From Octopus sinensis (taxonomy: Eukaryota), in contig NC_043021.1 of assembly GCF_006345805.1 (NCBI RefSeq), positions 9,176,001-9,240,000 of the forward strand: a stretch of 64,000 nt of DNA. The letters are read 5' to 3'. The notes beneath the pieces were generated by a model. That model saw nothing but the letters and a program-made list of their open reading frames with translations. It searched no databases and was not told the DNA's origin. The first letter of the stretch is position 1, and each line of letters opens with the position of its first letter. Made by a program: the position numbers and the translations under genes. Shown in pieces: positions 52,010-63,724 of the stretch.

Positions 52010-52300
52010 GGAGGTGATGATAAGTGACCGGGACCTTTGGCGATTTGCTGTACTTGAGAAGACACGTCAAGCTAAGTGAATAGTGTCCAGCGCCGATGAC
52101 ATGCATAAGGCACCCATGCTGGTGACATATAAAAGGCACCTGCCACACTCTGTGGCGTGGTGGGCATTAGGAAGGGCATCCAGCCATAGAAACCAAGCCA
52201 AAACAGACTGGAGCCTGGTACAGCTCTCTGGCTCACCAGCACCAGTCAAACTGTCCAACCCATGCCAGCATGGAAAACAGATGTTATGTGATGACGATGG
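52010..52300 (+). mobile_element. RTE LINE ORF terminus contiguous with family B sequence
   Basis: DRDLWRFAVLEKTRQAK* followed directly by B subrepeat, core and tail. Confidence 0.75.
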
Positions 52301-52989
52301 TGCATGCATGCATGTATGTATATGTGTGTGTCTTTGTGTTTGTGTTTATTGTGGGATGACGTCAGCAGCTGGGGAGCTGACCGGAACTTGGGGCTGACCG
52401 GAAGGGGCAGCAGTGACGCGCGCGCAGGTAGGGCAGGATTCTGCTTTTTTCGATCGAGGTCGCCAAGCGGATAAGACGGCGTCAGCACGTTGTTAAGTTT
52501 GGGTGAAGCAGCTGCTATTTCTAGCGTTCGGGTCGGGCTGTGTTGAAGGGTCCCCATCTGAGCGAAGAGAAGGTAGGTGCCTTTATTTCGAATCTCTTGC
52601 ATACACCACATTTATCACCCACCCACCTCTCCACTGCTTGATGACCGGTGTTGGTTTGTTTATGTTGGCCAAAGCTAATCTAGAAAACACTAAAGGTGTC
52701 AGGCCATGGAACTGAACTCAAAAAGCATGATATGGTAGTGTGTGGTACACAGCCCGTGCCTGCATATTTCATGATGATGATGATGATGATGATGATGAGG
52801 ATGCTGATAAATCAAGGATGGCCATTGTCAAGACACAGAAACCTTCAAGTACTGCTGTTCTCAGCAGTTTCACTATGGCTTAATGATATTGCTTTGTTTC
52901 ATCTTTAACTTTTATGTGAACTGCCAGCTGTTACGAGTGAATACTACACACATACTACACACATGTCTCGTATCTTTTACATGAGTCAT

Positions 52990-53620
52990 GAGTGGCTGTG
53001 TGGTAAGTAGCTTGTTTACCAACCACATGGTTCCGGGTTCAGTCCCACTGCGTGGCATCTTGGGCAAGTGTCTTCTGCTATAGCCTCGGGCCGACCAAAG
53101 CCTTGTGAGTGGATTTGGTAGACGGAAACTGAAAGAAGCCCGTCGTATCATCATCATCATCATCATCATCATCATCGTTTAATGTCCGTTTTCCGCGCTA
53201 GCACGGGTTGGACAGTTCGACCGGGGTTTGGGAAGCCAGGGGCTGCTCCAGGCTCCAGTCTCATCTGGCAGAGTTTCTACGGCTGGATGCCCTTTCTAAT
53301 GCCAACCACTCCGCGAGTGTAGTGGGTGCTTTTTACGTGCCACCTGCACAGGTGCCAGGGGGGGGGGGTCCGGCATCGGTCACGATCGGTGTGTGTGTAT
53401 ATCTTTGTGTGTCTGTGTTTGTCCCCTCCAACATCGTTTGACAACCGATGCAGGTGTGTTTACATCCCCGTAACTTAGCGGTTCGGCAAAAGAGACCGAT
53501 AGAATAAGTACTGGACTTAGAAAGAATAAGTCCTGGAGTCGATTTGCTCGACTAAAGGCAGTGCTCCAGCATGGCCACAGTCAAATGACTGAAACAAGTA
53601 AAAGAGTAAAACAGTAAAGA
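52990..53620 (+). mobile_element. SINE A with an inverted family B copy (53147-53390) in its microsatellite region
   Basis: A head and A tail flank a minus-strand B copy. Confidence 0.85.
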
Positions 53621-53977
53621 GTCAATCATTGGACAGCGGCCATGCTGGTGTACCACCTCAGAGAATTTTAGTCAAACGAATTAATCTCAGTACTTATTAT
53701 TATTTTTTTATAATCCTGTGACTTATTTTATTGGTTTCTTTTGCCAAACTGCTAGCTTTGAGAGTTTGATGATGTGATTGATTATTTTCAGAATGACATT
53801 GCAGGGTAGGTGTGAGAAGCCAGATCTGGCCAGTTTAAATGCTAAAGGGTTAATGATGGGTTCCACACAGAAGCAATATACCATCATTAAGTTCTTACTG
53901 AAGATGGTCTGCAGGTTATCCAACATCCACAGAAGGCTACAGGTTTTTACAGAGATTACACACATACATACATGCAT

Positions 53978-54127
<150 letters not shown>

Positions 54128-54204
54128 CCTACTGAAAGAAATGCAAAAGAAGGCACAACTATTTTTTTTATTAACCAATCAACTGGCATAAATAAAAATA
54201 ATAA

Positions 54205-54580
54205 ATAAATGTGCCCTTTTAAAGCCTAGCCAGACTCATGGGCCCAGTTTCCCAGTTTCAATAGCGTATGTGTTCCCCAGCTGGACAGGACACCAGTCCA
54301 TCGCAGCGTTACTCATTTTTACCAGCTGAGTGGACTGGAGCAACGGGAAATGAAGTGTTTTGCTCAAGAACACAACGCGTCGCCCGGTCCAGAAATCAAA
54401 ACTACAATCTTACGATCACGATGCCAACACCCTAACCACTAAGCCACGCGCCTCCACTGCACCCTTTTAAAGCCTAGCCAGGCTCATGGGCCCGGTTTCC
54501 TGGTTTCAATGGCGTATGTGTTCCCCAGCTGGATGAGACGCCAGTCCATCGCAGCGTTACTCATTTTTGCCAGCTGAATG
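54205..54580 (-). mobile_element. tRNA/CORE-type SINE (family E), full copy plus adjacent 3' fragment
   Basis: GGAGGCGCGTGGCTTAGTGGTTAGGGTG head and GTGTTCTTGAGCAAAACACTTCAT block. Confidence 0.8.
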
Positions 54581-54671
54581 GTTGATTCTTGAAATTTTGA
54601 AACAATTATGTGTATCAGTATGTGTTTATGTGTAACCATAAAAAAAATAACATTGCACATGAAAGGTGTAT

Positions 54672-54856
54672 ACTCTTTACTCTTTTATTCTTTTACTTGT
54701 TTCAGTCATTTGACTGTGGCCATGCTGGAGCACTGCCTTTAGTCGAGCAAATCGACTGCAGGACTTATTCTTTGTAAGCCCAGTACTTATTCTATCGGTG
54801 TCTTTTGCCGAACCGCTAAGTGACGGGGACGTAAACACACCAGCATCGATTGTCAA

Positions 54857-54895
<39 letters not shown>

Positions 54896-55059
54896 CGACA
54901 GGCTTCTTTCAGTTTCCGTCTACCAAATCCACTCACAAGGCTGTGGTCAGCCCGAGGTTATAGTAGAAGACACTTGCCCAAGGTGCCACGCAGTGGGACT
55001 GAACCCGGAACCATGTGGTTGGTAAGCAAGCTACTTACCACACAGCCACTCCTGCGCCT
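54672..55059 (-). mobile_element. SINE family A
   Basis: Match to A consensus. Confidence 0.9.
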
Positions 55060-55299
55060 ATGGAGACATTTTCATAAAAAATATATTTATTTTTATGTAA
55101 GTTATGAGAAACAAAGTCAGTAGTGGTGAGGGGTGCGCTTGTGTAGGTATGCTGTGTCTTTTAATAGTTGGGTCGGGAAGGGTTTGTGTCTTTGCACTTT
55201 GCAGATTCTTTGTGACCTGATGATGTAGGGAAAAAAATAATCGCGTCCGTGACCTTTGCCGGTCCTCCTTGACCTAATCTGGAGGAACACACACGCAAG

Positions 55300-55493
55300 T
55301 TTCCCAGTCACGTGATCCAACTCTTTTAAACGTCACATGCGGAAGGCAGCAGCAAGAGTTCATGACATAAGCGGAAGTGACATTTGCGAACAGCAAATGG
55401 CGGTTGATTTGAAATCTGGAAAAGTTTGAAGCTTTTTTTCCAATTTTTTTTTACTGAAACGGAAAAAAAAAGAAGAAAACACGATCCATCCAG
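55300..55493 (+). promoter_or_regulatory. Probable promoter and non-coding first exon of the ERCC6L-like gene
   Basis: Unique CpG-retaining sequence with E-box GTCACGTGA (55307), ETS-like GCGGAAGTG (55371), YY1-like AAATGGCGG, GGCGG-N4-TTTGAA (55399-55413) and donor CAG|GTAGAT at 55493/55494. Confidence 0.6.
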
Positions 55494-55737
55494 GTAGATT
55501 ATTGCTTTGAATTTTTAGTTTTTTTTCTCAAGTCTTTAAAAGTTCTTTTTTATAGCCAGTGATACATACTTAAATATGTGTAGGTGTGTGTGTGTTTATA
55601 TATCTCATACACATATTAATTGTAAAAGTATAATGTGCCTAGTTATCTGTGTGTTTAAAAAGTAATGCAAATAATTAAAACAGCAGAAGAATTTTTAATC
55701 CTTGACGAAGAAGAAGAAGAGTAGTCAAGGTATAACA

Positions 55738-56122
55738 AATGCTTAGCAGTATTTCGTCTGCCGCTACGTTCTGAGTTCAAATTCCGCCGAGGTCGACTTT
55801 GCTTTTCATCCTTTCGGGGTCGATTAAATTAAATACCAGTTACGCACTGGGATCGATGTAATCGACTTATTACCTATGTCTGTCCTTGTTTGTCCCCTCT
55901 GTGTTTAGTCCCTTGTGGGTAGTAAAGAAATAGAAATAGGTATTTCGTCTGCCGCTACGTTCTGAGTTCAAATTTCACCCGAGGTTGACTTTGCCTTTCA
56001 TCCTTTCGGGGTCGATAAATTAAGTACCAGTTATGCACTGGGATCGATGTAAGCGACTTAATACCTATGTCTGTCCTTGTTTGTCCCCTCTGTGTTTAGC
56101 CCCTTGTAGGTAATAAAGAAAT
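55738..56122 (+). mobile_element. SINE C dimer with 10-bp TSD
   Basis: AGGTATAACA at 55728-55737 and 56123-56132. Confidence 0.88.
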
Positions 56123-56501
56123 AGGTATAACATTTGTTCCGTTATTTGAATTATATATATTTTCTGCCAGTCACCCCGACCTTGTTATTTCTCCTTCGAT
56201 TTTTTAAAATGCATATTTTTAAAATTGTACTTTGTAGAAACACGTTTCTGAGAGTGTAGATTACAGTTATTGATAAAAAAAAGTTTGGGAAAAAATTGAA
56301 GATTTACCGATCATTTTCATGCTTTCTCGTCCCGTCTTTGTTACTATCATAACTAAGGCATCCTCGCCTCTATTTTGTTTTTTAAACACTTTATACGTTT
56401 GAAACAAACATTACGTAATCTACACACACTGCAAAATGTGATTTAAAATCATGCGGGGAGAATGATAAACCCCTTCAAAATTAAGATTATCAACATGATT
56501 G

Positions 56502-56908
56502 GGCAATCTTTCGTCTCTAGTAGACCTTTCCGTCGATTTCCGTAAAAAAAATTTTTTTTTTACATATGGGCTTGCGGGAACTTTTGAAGTAATGAGAGCG
56601 AAAGAGACTAAGAGAAAGCGATTGTATGACGAGGGAAGTTCTTTTGAAGTTACCGTCCAAGGGAAGCATTGATGTACATGTGTGTGTGTTTGATGGGGTG
56701 TGGGAGACAGACAGTATGTTGTGTAAGTGAAGTGCTTCTGTTAGTGTGTGTGAAGAGACAGAGTAATGTGTGAAAGAAAGAGATAACTGAAATTTTTTAC
56801 TCGGTGTTTGTGTATATGTATGTATATTACTTCAAAAGTTCCCGCAAGCCCATATGTAAAAAAAAAAAATTTTTTTACGGAAAGGTCTACTAGAGACGAA
56901 AGATCGCC
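56502..56908. mobile_element. MITE with ~85-bp TIRs and 8-bp TSD (Merlin-like)
   Basis: CATGATTG|GGCAATCTTTCGTCTCTAGTAGACC...GGTCTACTAGAGACGAAAGATCGCC|CATGATTG. Confidence 0.82.
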
Positions 56909-57399
56909 CATGATTGTATTAAAGACTTGAAAACGTATCTTTGCAAAATTCCATTTTAACAATTCCATTTTCTCAGAAATATTTGCAGAAAAATGTGGTT
57001 AGGACTCCGACCTGCAGTTATGCAAAAATGTATTCAATAATAAGATGCACATGTTCTCCGGGGCTAATTGCAGTTCGCACCACTTCTTGAAAATGCATTT
57101 TTTTTTTTTGAAAAAATTTATTCGGATTCCTACGTTTTAGATGTCAGAGATTACGAATATACTCTTTTACTTGTCTCAGTCATTTGGCTGCGGTCATGCT
57201 GGAGCACCGCCTTTAGTCGAGCAAATCGACCCCAAGACTTTTCTTTGTAAGCCTAGTGGATCTTTTGAACGGCATTTTTCAACACAATTTCTAGTTAACT
57301 AAACACTTTTAAACTTCGTATACTGGTAGAATGTGTCAAATTAAAAAATTATTTTTCTCTTGGCTTTCTTGAGAAAATTGGGTTAAACTAAAGCGTTAC

Positions 57400-57820
57400 A
57401 CCACTCAAAGAAACAAAAAAAAAAATGTGTGTAATAGGTGTAAAACAACTTCCTCTGAACGAATATGAAAAAGAAAAAAGCGCACGCGAAAGGGGAGTGG
57501 GGGAGAGGCCTCGGAAAATTCACATCGGGAATTTCCGAAAGCGTCTGAGGGGCTGACCCGGGCACCAAAACAAAAAAAAAAATAGTGTAATATGTGTAAA
57601 ACAACTTGCTCTAAACGAATATGACAATAAAACATGCGCACTCGCGAAAGAGGGGTGGGGGAGAGGCCTCGGAAAATTTACATCGGGAATTTCCGAAAGC
57701 GTCTGACTCGGGCCCAAAAACAAAAATAGCGCAATAGGTGTAAAACAACTTGCTCTAAACGAATATGATGAAAAAAATGCGCGCTCGCGAAAGGGGGGTG
57801 GGGGAGAGGCTTCGGAAATT
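57400..57820. repeat. Three diverged ~145-155-bp tandem units inside a split SINE A (57161-57257 / 57821-57918)
   Basis: TAAAACAACTT at 57441, 57597 and 57741; each unit carries CGCGAAAG...GGGGGAGAGGC.TCGGAAA. Confidence 0.8.
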
Positions 57821-58152
57821 TCTACCAAATACACTCACAAGTCTTTGGTCGGCCCGAGGCTATAGTAGAAGACACTTGCCTAAGGCGCCATGTGGTTGGT
57901 AAGCAAGCTACTTACCCCAGCTCGAAAAAATCCTATGCTTTCGATGACGGAGATTCCTGTCGTCCCATTCCTGTGACACCTCTTTCAATTCTTTAGCCAG
58001 GTAGCAGAGCTTGGCCAGCCGTTCCAAAGTCAAGCCAGTTTGGTCGACAACTTCTGTTTCTTGCTGCATTTCTTCTTCTTTGGATATAATGAAAAATTTT
58101 AGGTGTTCATATTTTAAAAATCGGTGATAGTTGAACCGCGAAGTAGTGAGTG

Positions 58153-58460
58153 ATCATCATATTCATCATCGTTTAGCATGGGTTGGATGGTTCTACTGGG
58201 GTCTGTGAAGCCAGAAGGCTTCATCAGGCCCAGTCAAATCTGGCAGTGTTTCTACGGCTGGATGCCCTTCCTAACGCCAACCACTCCGTGAGTGTAGTGG
58301 GTGCTTTTTACGTGCCACCCGCACAGGTGCCAGACAGAGCTGGCAAACGGCCACGAACAGATGGTGCTTTTTACGTGCCACCGGCACGAGGCCAGTCGGG
58401 GCGGCGCTGGCAACGGTCGCGAAACGGAAGGTTCTCTTACATGCCACCGGCACTGGTAAC
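58153..58460 (-). mobile_element. Family B copy
   Basis: B core and subrepeats. Confidence 0.85.
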
Positions 58461-58690
58461 ACATCTGCAATTTCCATTGATCGATTTCGATTCTAATCCT
58501 CATTGTATATACTGCTGTGCAGTTTGAAATTTAGACATCCTTTTAATTGTATTATGTTGTTTGTGAACCTATGATATATTCAAAAACTCTACACCTTACT
58601 ATCTATCTCTTCTTAATTCTTCTCATTTACCAGTTTACTTGTGGAAGTATTTTCAACTAAGATATCAGTCTGCTACCAGCTATCACATTA

Positions 58691-58858
58691 ATGGATGTTC
58701 CTGCGGATAAATTGGAACAGCGCCGTGCCATCAAGATGGTAACGGCAGCTGATGAATACCTTCGGAACCGCGAATATCTTACAGCTTTGAATCTTTACAA
58801 GGAATCTGTGGAGATTTTGCCTGATCCTGATATCATTTATAAGATTAGGAAACTACGG
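58691..58858 (+). CDS. ERCC6L: ERCC6L/PICH-like SNF2 translocase, coding exon 1 (N-terminal TPR-like helical motif)
   Basis: Acceptor ttctcatttaccAG ends 58633, ATG 58691, donor GTGAGT at 58859 (phase 0). The 56 codons MDVPADKLEQ...YKIRKLR resemble the PICH N-terminal TPR and join in frame to the exon at 60001. Confidence 0.85.
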
Positions 58859-58956
58859 GTGAGTTTTGTGTCTCTGTAATCTTGAAACCATCATGTGAGT
58901 GTATGTTTTGTTGTCCCATTTTTGTATCACCTACCTGTCCGTTATATTTACTTTAA

Positions 58957-59177
58957 CCCTTTAGCATTTAAGCCGGCCATATCCGGCCAAAAGTATTCTG
59001 CTTGTTTTATGTTCAAACTGGCCAGATCTGGTCTCTCACACCAACCCTACAATATCATCTTAAAAATTAACAGCTTCCTCATCAAAATCTCCTAGCTACA
59101 AGATAATGCATGATTAGTTCAAAACAATGTAGATAAAAAAGCATTAGTTTTGGCAGAATAATGTGAACACTAAAGGG
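58957..59177. mobile_element. piggyBac-type MITE
   Basis: TTAA|CCCTTTAG...CTAAAGGG|TTAA; relatives near 3071, 27418, 53760 and 59655. Confidence 0.85.
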
Positions 59178-59365
59178 TTAAATGAAATATTACAATGTTA
59201 CGTTCTTTGATTATCTCCCTTGAAAACACGTTCATTGTTTCCACGTAACCTATGGTGGCGTTGCTGTTGCCAAAGTTTTTTTTTTTTTTCTGTTTGTAAT
59301 TTTACTTGTATATCTATCTTAAAATGAGCTTGGCAGAGGTCTGTGTTCTCCGGGTGCTTTTCTAG

Positions 59366-59650
59366 ATCATCATCGTTTAACATCTGCTTTCCATGCTAGC
59401 ATGGGTTGGACGATTTGACTGAGGACTGGCGAACCAGATGGCTGCACCAGACTCCAATCTGATCTGGCAGAGTTTCTACAGCTGGATGCCCTTCCTAATG
59501 CCAACCACTCCGAGAGTGTAGTGGGTGATTTTACGTGCCACTGGCACAAGGGCCAGTCAGGCGGTACTGGCAACGACCACGCTCAAATGGTGCTTTTTAT
59601 GTGCCACCAGCACAGGAGCCAGTCCAGCGGCACTGGCAACGACCTCGCTT
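59366..59650 (-). mobile_element. Family B copy (intronic)
   Basis: B core and subrepeats. Confidence 0.85.
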
Positions 59651-60000
59651 TTGATTTGAATTAATTATGCATTATTTTTGTAGCATGGAGATTTAGATGA
59701 AGTAACTATTTTTAGAATGATATTGCAGGATTGGTGCGAGAGGCTAGATCTGGCTGATTTGAACATGAAACTTGTAGCATATTTTGGCTAGATAGGGCCA
59801 GTTTAAATGCTATATCTTCCATGCTGGCATGGGTTGAACCTTGAGGTTTGAAACCTCTGACCTGTCTGAAATTTTGCTCCCTGCCTCTCCTTCCATTCTT
59901 CTAGAAATTTCAATGCATCTTCTTATTTGTGTTTTTTGTTTGTTTGTTTTTTTCATTTCCATTTGTTCTTTTAATTATTTAATTTTTTTCTCCCTTACAG

Positions 60001-60557
60001 AAATACATGAAACAGAAAGGTTACGACTTGGGTGAAAACAAAGAGAACATCGATTCCTGTGAACCAGTTGCTAAGGAAATTGAGAACTCTGATGAGAACT
60101 TAATTAAAAAAGCTAAGTCACCTGACATTTTGAAAGAACAGAGTGATTTCTATTGTTCTTCAAATAGTCAGAATCCACCTTCCATTTCCCATCAAATACC
60201 TGTTAAAAGTCCTCCATCGGACACTGACAAATTAATTGAAAAGAAACAGAATGATAAAAGTCCCCTGACTCAAAGAATGGAACAGCTGTCGCTAGACAGT
60301 AAACAGCCGGTACCAGTTGAAGTTGAAGACAAGGTCAAAGTCCCTCTTGGAGATGAAACCAACAAACCCTCTCTGGGAGACAAAGTCGAAAAGTCTCCCA
60401 AAAAGTCTCCCAAAAAGGCTGTTGTTAAATATGATGGCCCAATACGTGACTTCAAGGACCTTCGCAGATATCTTTATCCTCATCAGAAAGAAGGCATGAA
60501 ATGGTTGGCCCAATTATACTCAGATAACAAAGGTGGCATTCTTGGAGATGATATGGG
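60001..60557 (+). CDS. ERCC6L: ERCC6L/PICH-like coding exon 2 (S/P/K-rich linker, Q motif LYPHQKEG, start of motif I GGILGDDMG)
   Basis: Long polypyrimidine tract and AG ending 60000; open frame; donor GTTAGC at 60558 (phase 2) joins GG|T to give DDMG-LGKT. Confidence 0.92.
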
Positions 60558-60621
60558 GTTAGCAAAAAATTCTTTCTTGTTTTATTTATTTATTTATTTA
60601 TTTATTCTTGTGTAATTGTCA

Positions 60622-61024
60622 GCAGGAGTGGCTGTGTGGTAAGTAGCTTGCTTATCAACCACATGGTTCTGGGTTCAGTCCCACTGCGTGGCACCTTGGG
60701 CAAGTGTCTTCTACTATAGCCTCGGGCTGACCAAAGCCTTGTGAGTGGATTTGTTAACGGAAACTGGAAGAAGCCCATCATATATATGAATATATATATG
60801 TGTGTGAGTGTATATGTTTGTGTGTCTGTGTTTGTCCCCCCAACATCGCTTGACAATCGATGCTGGTGTGTTTATGTCCCCGTAACTTAGCGGTTCGGCA
60901 AAAGAGACCGATAGAATAAGTACTAGGTTAACAATGAACAAGTCGCAGGGTCGATTTGCTCGACTAAAGGCGGTGCTCCAGGATGGCCAGTCAAATGACT
61001 GAAACAAGTAAAAGAGTAAAGAGT
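60622..61024 (+). mobile_element. SINE family A (intronic)
   Basis: Match to A consensus. Confidence 0.9.
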
Positions 61025-61840
61025 GAAATTCTAGTGTTTTTGCTGAGTTAATTAATCAGACAGTATTTATGAAAGAGAAGCATAGAACCTCCCCGTCATT
61101 TAGCAAGACATCTTACACTGCTTGTGAGAGCAGTCGAGTTTATTTCAAATATTCACAATTTAAAAATCATCTCTGGCTAATCGTTAAGAGGATTTTGGTG
61201 TTGCTTTGATGGAGGTTTGTGCTTTCTGAGTGCTATTATTATTATTATTATTCTTGACAGAATCGTTAGCATGCCAGGTGAAATGCTTAGCGGTATCTCA
61301 CCTGTCGCTATGTTCTGAGTTCAAATTCCACCAAGGTTGACTTTACCTTACAGCTGAGTGGACTGGAGCAACATGAAATGAAGTGTTTTGCTCAAGAACA
61401 CAACGCGTCACCTGGTCCAGGAATCGAAACCACTAAGGAAGGGCGTCCAGCTGTAGAAACATTGCCAGATCAGACTGGATCCCAGTGCAGCCTCCTGGCT
61501 CTCCAGGCTCCAGTCAAACCGTCCAACCCATGCAAAGCGTGGAAAACGGACATTAAACGATGATGATGATGATTGTAAAGGTGGACAAAATGCTGCTAAT
61601 GATTCTGCATGGTCATTGCCTTAATATTAACAACAACGATAATGGATTCAAATTTTGCCACAAGGGTATGAGTTGGTCACATTAACCCCAGTGTTCGACT
61701 GGTACTTAATTTATCGAACCCCAAAAGGATGAAAGGAAAAGTTGACCTTGGCAGAATTTGAACTTTGAATGTTACAGCAGATGAAGTATTGCTAAGTATT
61801 TTGCCCAGTGTGCTAACGATTCTGCCAGCTTGCCACCTTA

Positions 61841-61872
<32 letters not shown>

Positions 61873-61960
61873 GATGATTATTATTATTATTATTATTATT
61901 ATTACATAAAATAGAGAAATTGGTTATAATATTGAGATATGTTGTACCTTTTCATTTCAG

Positions 61961-62086
61961 TCTTGGTAAAACTCTCCAGATGATCGGTTACCTTGCCAAA
62001 ATGTTTGAGGTTGGAGAAATTGAAACAGCTCTTGTTATAGTACCGAGTTCTTTGTTATTGCCTTGGTGCCGGGAAATTGATAAATG
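61961..62086 (+). CDS. ERCC6L: ERCC6L/PICH-like coding exon 3 (Walker A LGKT, motif Ia VIVPSSLLLPW)
   Basis: ttttcatttcAG acceptor ending 61960, GTAAGT donor at 62087; translates LGKTLQMIGYLAKMFEVGEIETALVIVPSSLLLPWCREIDK(W). Confidence 0.93.
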
Positions 62087-62657
62087 GTAAGTAGGGCTGC
62101 CTTAATCTCTCTCTCTGTCTCTCTCTTTCTCTCATGCTAATGATCAAGAAATTTGTTTTGCAATCATCAAGTCCCAGGTTCAATCCCACTGTGTGGCATC
62201 TTGGGCCAGTGTCAGTTCCCACAGTCTCAGGTTGACCAATATGTGGTCAGTGAAATTGGGTGGCTATGCTGATTCCATCTGAAGATTTCAATAACAGTAC
62301 ACTTACTAATACAATGAACTTTTACTCTTACATGTTTCAGTCATTTGACTGGGGCCATGCTAGAGCACTGCCTTTAGTCGAGCAAATGACATTGCGATAC
62401 TTGACGAAACATTTGCTGACGTCCAGTTTGCTATCGATGAGCTCCAGCGCGTTGCATCACAGATTGGTATAAAAGTCAATGCCTCAAAGACCAAAATCCT
62501 CACAGCCGGCTTCGCCCCACCAGACAATGCAGTGGGTCCCACATTTTATGATGATCAACAAGATTTTAATGCTGTTTTTATCATGTTGAATGATTGTGTA
62601 GTTATTTCTCTCTCTGATGATTGATTCTGCTATTCTTGTATTCTTGTGTTATTTCAG

Positions 62658-62826
62658 GGCTCCAGGATTGAATTATGATTCATTCCATGACAAGGGAAAA
62701 TCTGGCAGAAAGAAAACCCTTCATTGTACCCAGAGAAGAGGTGGTGTTCTACTTGTGACTTATGGTTTATTAGTAAACAACTACGAGGAACTTTCAACTG
62801 ACCGAAATGGTCAGGAATTTGTTTGG
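62658..62826 (+). CDS. ERCC6L: ERCC6L/PICH-like coding exon 4
   Basis: atttcAG acceptor ending 62657, GTAAAA donor at 62827; (W)APGLNYDSFH...QRRGGVLLVTYGLLVNN...GQEFVW parallels human PICH WTPG...QQRNGVIITTY...GQEFVW (recalled, not aligned). Confidence 0.92.
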
Positions 62827-62859
62827 GTAAAAACAACATTCACACCTTCTTCTAGTGTG

Positions 62860-63678
62860 CTTTCTGGTTCATTCCCACTGTGCAGTACCTTGTACTATAA
62901 CTTTGTGAATGGATTTGGTAGAAGGAAACTGAAAGAATCCCATCATATATATATATGTGAGTGGATTTGGTAGACAGAAAATGAAAGAAGCCCGTCGTAT
63001 ATATGTATATATATTTGTGTGTGTATACGTTTGTGTGTCTGTGTTTGTCCTCCCCGACATCGCTTGACAACCGATGCTGGTGTGTTTACATCCCCGTAAA
63101 TTAGCGGTTTGGCAAAAGAGAACTGATAGAATAAGTACTAGGCTTCCAAAAAATAAGTCCTGGGATCGATTTGTTCGACTAAAGGCAGTGCTCCAGCATG
63201 GCCACAGTCAAATGACTGAAAGAAGTAAAGGAGATAACCTAGTAAAGGAAATCCAATGCATTAATTTGCCTTCTTTCCCTTTATTCTTTTATTTGTTTCA
63301 GTCATTTGACTGTGGCCATGCTGGAGCACTACCTTTAGTCGAAGAAATCGACCCCAGGACTTATTCTTTCTAAGCTTAGCACTTATTCTATCGGTCTCTT
63401 TTGCCAAACCAATAAGTTATGGGAATGTAAACACACCAACATCGGTTGTTAGGTGATGGTGGGGCGGGGGGTAAACAGGCACAAATACAGTCATACATAC
63501 ATATATATATTTATATATATACAACAGGCTTCCTTCAATTTCTGTTTACCAAATCCACTCACAAGGCTTTGGTTGGTCCAAGGTTACAGTAGAAGACACT
63601 TACCCAAGATGCTACGCAGTGGGACTGAACCCGGAACCATGTGGTTGGGAAGCAAGCTTCTTACCACACAGCCACTCT
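62860..63678. mobile_element. Inverted pair of SINE A copies (62860-63230 plus; 63281-63678 minus) in an intron
   Basis: Tail-to-tail matches to A consensus about 50 bp apart. Confidence 0.85.
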
Positions 63679-63724
63679 TGAATGTGTATTAATGTTTTGT
63701 TTTTTTTTGTTTGTTTTGTGACAG

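Noticed and set aside
60558-60615. C-terminal part of the 202-aa ORF (LAKNSFLF...)
   Set aside because: Intron read-through; the frame continues at 61961 with LGKT.
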